From Bryobacteraceae bacterium (GTDB taxonomy: Bacteria; Acidobacteriota; Terriglobia; Bryobacterales; Bryobacteraceae), in assembly GCA_037481575.1 (NCBI GenBank), contig JBBFLJ010000014.1, positions 24,134-88,133 of the forward strand: DNA of 64,000 nucleotides. The letters are read 5' to 3'. Positions 55,921-64,000 of the stretch are shown here, piece after piece; positions within the stretch are counted from its first letter, which is position 1, and every line of letters starts with the position of its first letter. The notes under the pieces are model-generated. The model saw only the letters and a list, made by a program, of their open reading frames with translations, was not told the origin of the DNA and ran no database searches. The translations under genes were made by a program, and so were the position numbers.

Positions 55921-57672
55921 CTACTCCTTCTCTTCCTCTTCCGGCTCTTCCCCGAACCCTGCCGTGCGGCGCAGGCTCTCCAGCTTGTCGGATTTGGCGG
56001 GCAGCAGAATCTTGCGGTAGTCGCTCCAGTTGGACGCCACCAGGAAAATCGTGAAGAACACCGAACCCACCACAAGGAGCGTCACCGCCACGATCGAGGC
56101 GTAATGAAGACCCGCGAGTTTTTCGCCCGAGAAAAACAATTTCTCGAATTCCCGGCCGAAATTCATGCCGAAATAGCCGGTGATCATCGCGCCGCCGCCC
56201 AGGATCATGCTCAGCATCGCCAGCCGGTTGATCGACTCGGTGTTGCGCTGCTGGTAGATCCGCTCCAGCGTGTTGTTCAGCTTCTCGATCTCCTGCTCGA
56301 TCTCCGCCTTCATCTGCGGCACGCGGAACTCCGCGCACTGCATCTGGAAGTGCTCGATCTCTTCGTCCTTGTTGGCCAGCTCGCTGAAGTACCAGTAATT
56401 GGAGAACAGCTGAAACTCCGCCATCAGCCGCGTTACCAGCCGCGTGTCCTCCTCCGTGATGTCGTAGGACCCGAACTTGCGGCTCAGCAGGCGGGAGACG
56501 AGAGCCGTGCGCTCGCTGAAGTCCAGCAGCGTGGCGCGGTAAAACAGCGCCACCACCGCCTGCAGGTAGTACCGCGACATGAACATGCGGTGAATGAGGA
56601 AACCCTCGCGCAGCTGGTGCTCGTCGCAGTCGAACCGCCCCATCACCAGCGTCACGTTCGAATAGCTCGAAAAACCGTAGAGCGTGCCCTGATGGGCCCA
56701 GCGGCGGTACACCTGCCGGCGCATCGCCTCGCGCGTGAACTCGCTGTCGTAGCGGTAGCCCTCGCCCCAGCGGTCCACGTACAGAAAGCGCGCCATCAGC
56801 ATCTCGTACTCCTCGCTCTGGTCGAAGTCCGGCTCGACGCTCGCCGGATCCACCGACATGTAGGAGTACACCGTCATGCGCTCGTCCAGCAGCGGCTCGA
56901 ACTCCTGCCGCGAATAGTTGAGGAAATACAGCAGCTCCAGAATCACGCGGCTCAGCGGAGGCAGGTAGCCCCGCATCGCACACCGCGTGAAGCGCTCCTC
57001 GGCAAGCACCTGCGTCTCGCCGCCCCCCTCCAGCCGCAGCTCGATGTGGTTGGGCACGCGCCCTTCGCGGATCTGCCGGCCGCTGGAAGGATACACCTTC
57101 CGCATCATTTCGTTGATCCAGAGCGCGGTGGGGATCGGAATGTCGTTCGCCTCCACGCCGATCGTCAGAATTCCGATCCCGTTGGCGAACATGAACAGGC
57201 GCAGATCCGTCACGCGCACGGACGCGCTGCGCCCCCGCGAATCGGCGGCGAAAAGGATCAGCTTCCGACCGGTCTCGCCGAGGTGCGCCAGCGGGATCGA
57301 GTACACGCGCAGCATGTTCTCCGGCGCCCCTTCGCCTCCGGCGATCCCTTCGCCCACGTCAAAGAACACGCGGCGCACGAAGGGGTGAAAGAACACCATG
57401 TCCTGGTAGGCGAACGAGTCCATGTCGAAACGCCGGAACGGGTCCCGCTGCCACCGCCCAAGCTTGCCCGGCACCGGCGAACCCGCGCCCATGGCGTGGT
57501 CCTGAATCCACTCGTCCAGCCCCGCGGTCCAGAGCCGCTGCTTCTCCCACACGCGCTGATGGTCGTGCATCACGGCTTCCTTGTCCACGGCGAACGGGAA
57601 CAGGAAATACGTGTGCAGGTGCTGCGCGCGCGCCTCCATCGAACCCGTATTGTAACCCGCGGCAGCCGCCAC
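55921..57672 (-). CDS. CorA-superfamily metal-ion channel-like protein with a large unrecognised N-terminal cytoplasmic domain
   Basis: 583 aa. The C-terminal ~90 aa have two TM helices with the CorA signature at the end of TM1 (MITGYFGMNFG, encoded at about 56158-56190). The preceding ~470 aa match no family I recognise. An alternative start is the ATG at 57639 (MEARAQHL). Confidence 0.7.
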   Translation of the reverse strand: MAAAAGYNTGSMEARAQHLHTYFLFPFAVDKEAVMHDHQRVWEKQRLWTAGLDEWIQDHAMGAGSPVPGKLGRWQRDPFRRFDMDSFAYQDMVFFHPFVRRVFFDVGEGIAGGEGAPENMLRVYSIPLAHLGETGRKLILFAADSRGRSASVRVTDLRLFMFANGIGILTIGVEANDIPIPTALWINEMMRKVYPSSGRQIREGRVPNHIELRLEGGGETQVLAEERFTRCAMRGYLPPLSRVILELLYFLNYSRQEFEPLLDERMTVYSYMSVDPASVEPDFDQSEEYEMLMARFLYVDRWGEGYRYDSEFTREAMRRQVYRRWAHQGTLYGFSSYSNVTLVMGRFDCDEHQLREGFLIHRMFMSRYYLQAVVALFYRATLLDFSERTALVSRLLSRKFGSYDITEEDTRLVTRLMAEFQLFSNYWYFSELANKDEEIEHFQMQCAEFRVPQMKAEIEQEIEKLNNTLERIYQQRNTESINRLAMLSMILGGGAMITGYFGMNFGREFEKLFFSGEKLAGLHYASIVAVTLLVVGSVFFTIFLVASNWSDYRKILLPAKSDKLESLRRTAGFGEEPEEEEKE

Positions 57673-57698
57673 CCGTGCGATGATCGTCTTGTCCGGCC

Positions 57699-58478
57699 AT
57701 GAAATACGCGGTCATCACCGGTGCATCGAGCGGACTGGGCGAAACCTTCGCGCGCAAGCTCGCGGCGCGCGGCTTCGGGCTGCTGCTCGCCGCCCGCCGC
57801 ATTGCCCGCCTCGAGGCGCTCAAAGCCGAGCTCGAACAGAAACACAAAATCGAGGTGGAATGTTTCCCCTGCGATCTGGCGAAGCCCGCCGAAGCCGAGG
57901 GGCTCGCGGCGCGCATTGAATCCGGCGCCACGCCGGACCTGCTCGTCAACAACGCCGGCTTCGGCACCCTGGGCTTCTTCCACGAAACCGACTACGCGCG
58001 GCAGGTGGAAATGGTCCACCTCCACATCCTCGCCACCATGCGGCTCACGCGGGCGGTGCTCGGCGGCATGATCCGGCGCGGCAGCGGCGCCATCATCAAC
58101 GTCAGCAGCGTCGCCGGCTTCTGGCGCAGCGGCGGCAACACCAGCTACTGCGCCACCAAAGGCTGGATGAACGATTTCACCGAAGGGCTGAGGATCGAAC
58201 TGGATCTGCTCGGCTCGCACGTCATCGTGCAGGCGCTCTGCCCCGGTTTCACTTACACCGAGTTCCACGACGTTCTGGGCGTGGACCGCAACAAGGTGCC
58301 AAAGTGGCTGTGGATGGACGCCGACCGGGTGGTGGAGGAAAGCCTGAAGGGGCTCGAGAGCCGCAAGCTCTTCGTGATCCCCGGCTGGCAATACCGCATC
58401 GGCGCCGCGCTCGGCGAGCTGCTGCCCGTGAGCTGGCGCCTCGCGCTCGAGCGGAAAAGCCCCCACAAGCGGCGCTGA
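57699..58478 (+). CDS. SDR-family oxidoreductase
   Basis: 259 aa. Motifs TGASSGLG, NNAG and YCATK. Confidence 0.85.
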   Translation: MKYAVITGASSGLGETFARKLAARGFGLLLAARRIARLEALKAELEQKHKIEVECFPCDLAKPAEAEGLAARIESGATPDLLVNNAGFGTLGFFHETDYARQVEMVHLHILATMRLTRAVLGGMIRRGSGAIINVSSVAGFWRSGGNTSYCATKGWMNDFTEGLRIELDLLGSHVIVQALCPGFTYTEFHDVLGVDRNKVPKWLWMDADRVVEESLKGLESRKLFVIPGWQYRIGAALGELLPVSWRLALERKSPHKRR

Positions 58479-58518
58479 AACCGGAGACGCCGCCCGGCAG
58501 CCGCGCGCCGCGCCGCGC

Positions 58519-59988
58519 TCACGGGCGCGTGGAAGCCAGAAGCCTTTGCAGGGCGCCGCGCGCCGCCAATGCGTTCTCCCGCAGCACCCGCCTGTCGCTC
58601 TCTGCAAGCATCCCTGAGCGCCACAGCCACAGGAGGAACAGCGCCATCAGCACCGCGTCCGCCGCGACCCGCGCCGCCATCGGGCCCGCGCTGAAAAACT
58701 GCCCGGCAATCATCCACGCGCCGCAGGAAATCGCAATGCCCGCCAGCCGGCCCGCCGGCAAACCGCATCGGATGTCCCGCTCCGCCAGCCAGAACAGCAC
58801 CGCCGCATACGGAGCCCAGGTGGCCAGAGTCGCCCACGCCGCCCCATGCATCCCGTAGGCCGGGATCAGAAGCCAGTTCAGCAGCAGATTCAGGCCCGCC
58901 GTGGCCGAACTCACCCAGCCCACCACCGGCGAGCGCAGGTTGATGTACAGCAGGTACCGGCAATAGTCGCCGATCTCGCGGAAGACGTAGGCGAACGCCA
59001 CGATCGGGATCACCGCGGCCGCCGCATGGTAGGCGGGCGCGGTCAGCAGTTCCACCGCCTCCCGGCTGGCCAGCGAAAGCATCACGGCAACCGCTGCAAG
59101 AACCGCCGCGTAAATCCTCGCCACCATGCGGAACCGCTCCTGCCAGCCCTCGGTGCGGGTCATGTCCACGAAGCGGACGCTCCAGGCGCGGCTGAACGGC
59201 TCGGCCACCAGATAGGTGACCAGAAACCCCGCCTTGTAGGCGAGAGCATAACGCCCCACATCGGCCAGCGTGGCGTAATGATTCAGGAAAAACCGGTCGC
59301 AAAAATGGATAGAAAAGAAGGCCACATTTGCAAAAATCAGCGGGACGCCGAATTTCGCCATTTCGACAAACATCCTCGTGTTCCAGCGCAGCCCGCTCTG
59401 GCGCAACATCCACACGAGCAGCGCGAGGGCGGCTGGCCCCAGAACCAAAAGCTTCGTTTCCACGAATCCGAAAACCCCGCGGCCGCGGAATCCGATGAGG
59501 TAGATGTTGAGGGCGACCGTCGATACGAGCACAAACAGCGAATAGGCCAGGAACGTGCCCGCCCGTTTCTGCAGCCGGAGATAACAGAGGCAGACCTCCC
59601 CGACATTGCCGAAGAACATCGCTGCCAGGGCCAGCTCCAGCAGCGCGGCGGCCTCACGGGAAGACAGCCAGTCAGGCCCGAACCGGTGCACAAGCCCGAT
59701 CGCCAGCAGCGTCGCGGCCGCGTTCAGGGCTACAGAGGCGATCGCTGCCGTGGAGGCAACGGACTTTTGCCTCTCGGCAGAGCTTTCTCCCTGATAGAAG
59801 CGGATCAGGGAATTTCCGAACAGGTTCAGCCCGACGGCCAGGCTGATCACCTGCGTGGCCAGTTCGATCAGCTCGATGGTCCCGTAGTCGGAAGGGCTGA
59901 GGTGCGCCGTATAGAACGGGATCATGATAAAGCTGGCAGCGCGCGCCGCCAGCCCGGCCAACAGGTACAGCAACGATTCGCGGATCAT
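58519..59988 (-). CDS. Polysaccharide flippase (Wzx-like, MOP superfamily)
   Basis: Start at the ATG at 59988 (MIRESLLYLLAG). About 489 aa with 12-14 hydrophobic helices. Lies immediately downstream of a GT2 gene. Confidence 0.6.
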   Translation of the reverse strand: MIRESLLYLLAGLAARAASFIMIPFYTAHLSPSDYGTIELIELATQVISLAVGLNLFGNSLIRFYQGESSAERQKSVASTAAIASVALNAAATLLAIGLVHRFGPDWLSSREAAALLELALAAMFFGNVGEVCLCYLRLQKRAGTFLAYSLFVLVSTVALNIYLIGFRGRGVFGFVETKLLVLGPAALALLVWMLRQSGLRWNTRMFVEMAKFGVPLIFANVAFFSIHFCDRFFLNHYATLADVGRYALAYKAGFLVTYLVAEPFSRAWSVRFVDMTRTEGWQERFRMVARIYAAVLAAVAVMLSLASREAVELLTAPAYHAAAAVIPIVAFAYVFREIGDYCRYLLYINLRSPVVGWVSSATAGLNLLLNWLLIPAYGMHGAAWATLATWAPYAAVLFWLAERDIRCGLPAGRLAGIAISCGAWMIAGQFFSAGPMAARVAADAVLMALFLLWLWRSGMLAESDRRVLRENALAARGALQRLLASTRP

Positions 59989-60016
59989 TTCGGACGCGGC
60001 CGCTCCGCAAGACAGA

Positions 60017-61069
60017 TCACGCGCGCGCTCCTTCGGAAATCCCCGCGGACACGTGGCAGCAGGCGCGGCGGCGGACATCCAGCACGCGGCGCCGGCCGTA
60101 GGATGGCCAGACGGCGTGCGCGACTTTCTCCGGCCCCCAGCGCAGCGCTTTGGCAGCGGCCACGGAAATGTGCCGGGCGGTCCAGCCGATCAGCCTGTAC
60201 CGCCGGGCTGTGGCCTTGGAAAAGAAAGGCGCGTCTTTCAGATAACGGTCCAGCAGCCCGGCCTCGCCGTTCCAGAGGAGCCGGTCCGCATGGCGGGTCA
60301 GCTGCCAGTCTGTGTAGTTGCGGACGCGCGCTGCCAACAAGGGGGCGGGGCTTTCTTCAGCCAGACGCGCCAGCTGACGCCGGACCACCAAAGGAAGTTC
60401 CGCCGTTGGAGGGCGGCTCAGATGTACGCTGTTCTGCGGCGTGAAATACCAGGCCAGCACCTCCGGATGGCAGGCGAACGGCCAGGTCCAGTGAATCCGC
60501 GTCCAGAGCTCGATGTCGGCGCCCAGCGGCTCGCCCTCCAGAAATCCGCCGCAGGACTCCAGCACCTTCCGCCGGATGCAGACGTTCGAGGAGCTGATGA
60601 AATCGCCTTCCTGCACGGCGCTGAAATAGTCATCCACAAGAACTCCGCTCTTTCCATCCGGCGACTTGACGCCGACCAGAAGATCGGGTCTGCCGTCGAG
60701 CCAGCAGCGCCCCAGCCCGGTGGCGAACAGACCCGCCTCGGGAAACTGCCTCGCCAGGGACGACACGGCGGCAAGAAATTCCGGCATCCAGAGATCGTCA
60801 GCATCGAGAAATGCGATCAGGTCGGCCCGCGCCTCCGCGATGCCGCGGTTGCGGGCGGCGGATTCGCCGCGGTTCTCCTGACGCACGATCCGCAGGCGCG
60901 GATCGCTCAGCGTTGCCGCCAGCTCCCCCGACCCGTCCGTCGAGCCATCATCCACCACAATCAGTTCGAAGTCCCGCTCGGTTTGCGCCAGGATGGACTG
61001 CAGGCACGGAACCACAGTCTGCCGCTTGTTGTAAAGCGGCACCACAACGCTGATCTGCGGCCTGCTCAT
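60017..61069 (-). CDS. Family 2 glycosyltransferase
   Basis: Start at the ATG at 61069 (MSRPQISVVVPLYNKRQT). Motifs VVDDGSTDGS and the DxD motif FLDADD. Confidence 0.85.
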   Translation of the reverse strand: MSRPQISVVVPLYNKRQTVVPCLQSILAQTERDFELIVVDDGSTDGSGELAATLSDPRLRIVRQENRGESAARNRGIAEARADLIAFLDADDLWMPEFLAAVSSLARQFPEAGLFATGLGRCWLDGRPDLLVGVKSPDGKSGVLVDDYFSAVQEGDFISSSNVCIRRKVLESCGGFLEGEPLGADIELWTRIHWTWPFACHPEVLAWYFTPQNSVHLSRPPTAELPLVVRRQLARLAEESPAPLLAARVRNYTDWQLTRHADRLLWNGEAGLLDRYLKDAPFFSKATARRYRLIGWTARHISVAAAKALRWGPEKVAHAVWPSYGRRRVLDVRRRACCHVSAGISEGARA

Positions 61070-61242
61070 GACTGTTGCGCTCCCGCCTCCGCGCGCGGGC
61101 TTCGGCAAGAGCCTGCGGCTCCGCAACGCTCCTCGAGCCGCACGCCTGCGGGAAGAATCCGGATGGCCGCCTCGCTCCCCACGGCCCTCGCTTATTGTAG
61201 CGGAACCACAGGCGCGCGCCGTGTCATCCCCTGCATCCGGCT

Positions 61243-62496
61243 TCAGAACTGCAACCGTTCATAATCCACGGGCTCGTTCGCAAGGTGTAGGAGCGGCTCG
61301 CCGGGCATGCGGAGATAGATGCTCTTCAGTTCGTAGCGGGGAAAATCCGTCAGCTTGCGCGGAACGGGGCCGGAGTCCGTCCATTCGTAAAGGTCGATCT
61401 CCCAGGGATTGAACGTGTCGCTCAGGCCGCGCTCTTTGGCGATGCGGTAGAGGTAGACATTTCCAGGCTCGTGCCCGCCAAGCCAGAGGCCGATGACATC
61501 CAGCCGGAATTTGTCGCGCGAGAACATTACGAGGTTGGTCAGGTAGTCGTTGCCCAGCCCGAAGCCGTCGCCGTCGCGCCCGTAGATGCCCTCGATGATG
61601 GCGAGCCCCGTTTTCAGCACGCTCTGGTTGTCCAGCGTCTTGTGGGCCCAGATCTCCTGCGCCAGCGGGCTGACGGTGTTGTCCTCGGCGCGCGCCTGAT
61701 AACGCCGGTAGCCGTTGCGGAGGTGATTTTCGAAGTAGCGTTGGACGCGCTCCGCCGCATCGCGGCACATGTGCGGCTTCATCACATCCGGGACGCTGGC
61801 GACCATGCGCATGCCCTGGCAGAAGCGGATGAACGGCATGCACACGAGCCCCTGCTCGTTTTTCACCGCCTGCGTCAGACACATCGAGTGGCCCTTCCAC
61901 TTGGCGATGTTCAGCAGCCACGTGTCGGGGGCGTTGACAGGCCAGTGGTGCGGGATGCGGTCATAGATCACGCCTTCCGGCACCTTCGACCACACGATCT
62001 CGCGCTCGGCTCGCGGGCTGCGGTAGTTCTGCTCCGTCTCGTTCATCTCCACGCCGTGGCGCTCATGGATGTCCATGAAGCCGCGGTAGTGCCACGCGTG
62101 GTAAAGGTTGGTTTCCACGGAGTGGAATTTGCGCAGGCCCAGCTCTTTGAGGCCGAGGATGAGCCCTTCGTAGAAATCCGGGTCTGTGCCGGTGCCCCAG
62201 TTTTCCTCATCGGGGCGGCTGCGCGTGCGGACACTGGTGATGTTGGGCTTGAGCACGATGCGGTGCGTGAGCGGGATGCCGGGTTCCGTCTTCGGGACGA
62301 AAATCTGCCGCGCCAGTTCGAGCCCTTCGCGGAGTTTCGACTCGCGGTCCATCTTGTGCGGGACACGCGTACGGCGGATGAATACGGCCTTCGGGTGCTG
62401 TTCAATGAAGTCGTGCAGGCCGAAATATTGCGCGGGCGCGGCGGAAACCGGCGCGGCGGCGAGAGCGCCCAGCATCTGGCGGCGGGAGAGAGTCAT
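61243..62496 (-). CDS. Tat-signal DUF362-like protein
   Basis: Start at the ATG at 62496 (MTLSRRQMLGALAAAPVSAAPA, a twin-arginine-type leader). Motifs VLKPNITS, NIAKWKGHSMCLTQAVKNEQG and AIIEGIYGRDGDG...MFSRDKFRLDVIG...IAKERGL resemble DUF362. The ORF-track N-terminal 147 aa are rejected. Confidence 0.55.
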   Translation of the reverse strand: MTLSRRQMLGALAAAPVSAAPAQYFGLHDFIEQHPKAVFIRRTRVPHKMDRESKLREGLELARQIFVPKTEPGIPLTHRIVLKPNITSVRTRSRPDEENWGTGTDPDFYEGLILGLKELGLRKFHSVETNLYHAWHYRGFMDIHERHGVEMNETEQNYRSPRAEREIVWSKVPEGVIYDRIPHHWPVNAPDTWLLNIAKWKGHSMCLTQAVKNEQGLVCMPFIRFCQGMRMVASVPDVMKPHMCRDAAERVQRYFENHLRNGYRRYQARAEDNTVSPLAQEIWAHKTLDNQSVLKTGLAIIEGIYGRDGDGFGLGNDYLTNLVMFSRDKFRLDVIGLWLGGHEPGNVYLYRIAKERGLSDTFNPWEIDLYEWTDSGPVPRKLTDFPRYELKSIYLRMPGEPLLHLANEPVDYERLQF

Positions 62497-63872
62497 CGAC
62501 CGGCCTCCTGAAGGGTGACGACGGCGATTCGGTGAAGCCCAGGCTGGTTCCATTCTACACGCCCGCCGCGGGGCATCAGTTTCAGCGGCGCGGCGGCAGC
62601 GCCCGGCTGCGCAAGACGGGCAGAGCCGAATTGGCCACGGGCGCCGGCGAGGAAATCGTGATCGATCCAGCGGCCATATCCGATGAGGATCACCAGCAAC
62701 GTGCCGTCTTGCGCCCGCCGCAAAACGGGAAGTACAGTTGAGGCGTTCCAGATCCGGACGTCCAGGCCATGCAGCCCGCGGCGGAGAGGATTGTCCAGCC
62801 CGAGCTGCTCCCGCAGGTCGAGCGCGAAGACGAACGGATCCAGCGCAGGCTCGTCCATCACGCGAACAGAACCGCGCCCGGTGCGGTGGACGGTGATCGT
62901 GCCTTGCCTGGCCGGTTCCTCTGAATGATCCCACCATGGTTCGAGCGGTTGGCCGGGCTCGGGCGCGAGCAGAACCATGCCGCCCGCAGCGGCGAACTGG
63001 CGAAGCCGTTGCTGCACGGGCGGCGGAGGCGTGCGGTTGGGGACGGCAATGAGGCGCAAGCCGGGCGGCGGCTTGAAATCCGCGAGCGGAAACACGCGCG
63101 GGGAGAGCTGCTGGCGCCAGGCGAGGTTGAGGATCTCTTCAAACTCCTCGTCCCACTCCGGGACGGGCACGGCGAGCGTGGAGGCGGGGCGGCGGGGCGC
63201 GGCGCCGAGACCACGAAGGAAAGCCGCGACTTCGCGCAGGCGCTGCCATGCGGCAGTGGCGCGCGGGTCGTCTTTGGCGAGGGCTTCACGGTACGACTGC
63301 GGCAGGCGGAGGAGGGCGGGGGCGCCGAAGGCCCACGCTTCGGCGAGGGCGATTTCCGAGCCCTCGTATTGCGTGGTGTCTGCGGGAGGTTCGTAATCCA
63401 GCGCGGGGACGCGGCGGGGGAAAAAGCCTTCCAGCCAGGAGTAGTGGTGAAGGTTGGCGTTGATCCAGGGCTGCTCGGTGGCGCCGGCGGCGCTGTCGAG
63501 CGCCTGCAAGCCGGGCCAATGCCCGGCGCGGATGACGGCTTGCGCGGGCGCGACGTTCCAGTGCGCTTGCGCCGGGGAGAGAGACACGAAGCGGATAAAA
63601 GCGCCGTGCTCTTTGAGCAGCGCCCGGAGCGCCGTCTCTTCGGCGGGAGCGGCGATCATCACGCCGCGGAAGCCGGCGCTCTTTGCGGAAGCGATGGCGG
63701 AGGAATCAGCGGAAACCAGCGCGATGACCTCGATGCCCTGCGGGGCGGCGGGCGCGCGGGCGGCAGGAGGCGTCACGAGCACAGAAGCGCCGAGTTCGCC
63801 GGCGCGGCGCACTGCCTCGGCGGAAGGATCGGGCCAAAACAGAATGATGAGAAATGTTGCGGGCGCGAGCAC
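62493..63872 (-). CDS. Hypothetical protein, no family recognised
   Basis: 459-aa ORF with plausible amino-acid composition. Its stop overlaps the start of the DUF362-like gene (ATGA), which supports expression as an operon. Confidence 0.5.
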   Translation of the reverse strand: MLAPATFLIILFWPDPSAEAVRRAGELGASVLVTPPAARAPAAPQGIEVIALVSADSSAIASAKSAGFRGVMIAAPAEETALRALLKEHGAFIRFVSLSPAQAHWNVAPAQAVIRAGHWPGLQALDSAAGATEQPWINANLHHYSWLEGFFPRRVPALDYEPPADTTQYEGSEIALAEAWAFGAPALLRLPQSYREALAKDDPRATAAWQRLREVAAFLRGLGAAPRRPASTLAVPVPEWDEEFEEILNLAWRQQLSPRVFPLADFKPPPGLRLIAVPNRTPPPPVQQRLRQFAAAGGMVLLAPEPGQPLEPWWDHSEEPARQGTITVHRTGRGSVRVMDEPALDPFVFALDLREQLGLDNPLRRGLHGLDVRIWNASTVLPVLRRAQDGTLLVILIGYGRWIDHDFLAGARGQFGSARLAQPGAAAAPLKLMPRGGRVEWNQPGLHRIAVVTLQEAGR

Positions 63873-64000
63873 GGGCCACGCTCCTCTGCGGCCGACGGGA
63901 TGCTGCTTGCCGGAGTATTCCCAGCATACAGCGGCGGCTCAGCCGGCGCGGCGCGAGACGGCGCGGTGCAGGAAAAGCGCGGCGAGCGCCATGCCGAGCC

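Noticed and set aside
63940-64000. Apparent 3' end of a minus-strand gene (in-frame TGA at 63940-63942; tail LGMALAALFLHRAVSRRAG)
   Set aside because: Only 20 codons are visible. That is insufficient to support a feature call or a function.

Overview
This is a very GC-rich (roughly 65-75% on sampled lines), gene-dense bacterial chromosomal window. All calls come from reading the ORF translations and the DNA by eye; no searches were run. I call about 52 protein-coding genes. Gene content and style (carboxypeptidase-regulatory-like TonB receptor, secreted glycosidases, many alternative-frame shadow ORFs) suggest an Acidobacteriota-like soil organism, but I cannot verify that.

Housekeeping genes I am confident of:
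- pheS and pheT
- a heme operon: ccsA/hemX-like, hemA, and a fused hemC-hemD
- pgi, ychF and lnt
- UDP-glucuronate decarboxylase
- galM plus a GH2 beta-galactosidase
- a PiT phosphate transporter followed by a PhoR-like kinase
- an NtrC/NtrB-type pair

I found no rRNA, tRNA, CRISPR-cas, transposase or prophage genes.

Most interesting observations:
1. A tightly coupled five-gene corrinoid methyl-transfer operon (29.5-34.3 kb). It encodes a B12-binding protein, a free-standing MetH-type homocysteine-binding module, DUF1638, an MtaA/URO-D-type Zn methyltransferase and a RACo-type reductive activase. No pterin-binding or known donor-specific methyltransferase is present.
2. A hierarchical array of a 28-nt palindromic REP-like element (13 copies in 1 kb at 4.2-5.2 kb). 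It shows compensatory stem variants, 40-bp phasing and a 606-bp tandem duplication. Three more copies lie at 19.4 kb.
3. A CorA-superfamily channel (GMN motif) with a roughly 470-aa unrecognised N-terminal domain and locally lower GC.
4. A TonB-dependent receptor fused into an operon with an ECF-type transporter that has a SAM methyltransferase gene embedded in it.
5. A redox-sensing cluster (hemerythrin, radical SAM/SPASM, Crp/Fnr, ferredoxin, cupin) with a CRP-type palindrome.
6. Several unusual architectures: an S9 peptidase-FGE fusion, a single-ring ClpB-D2-like ATPase, an Hsp70-like ATPase with a non-canonical C-terminus, and an AddA-like helicase-nuclease with a 4-Cys cluster.
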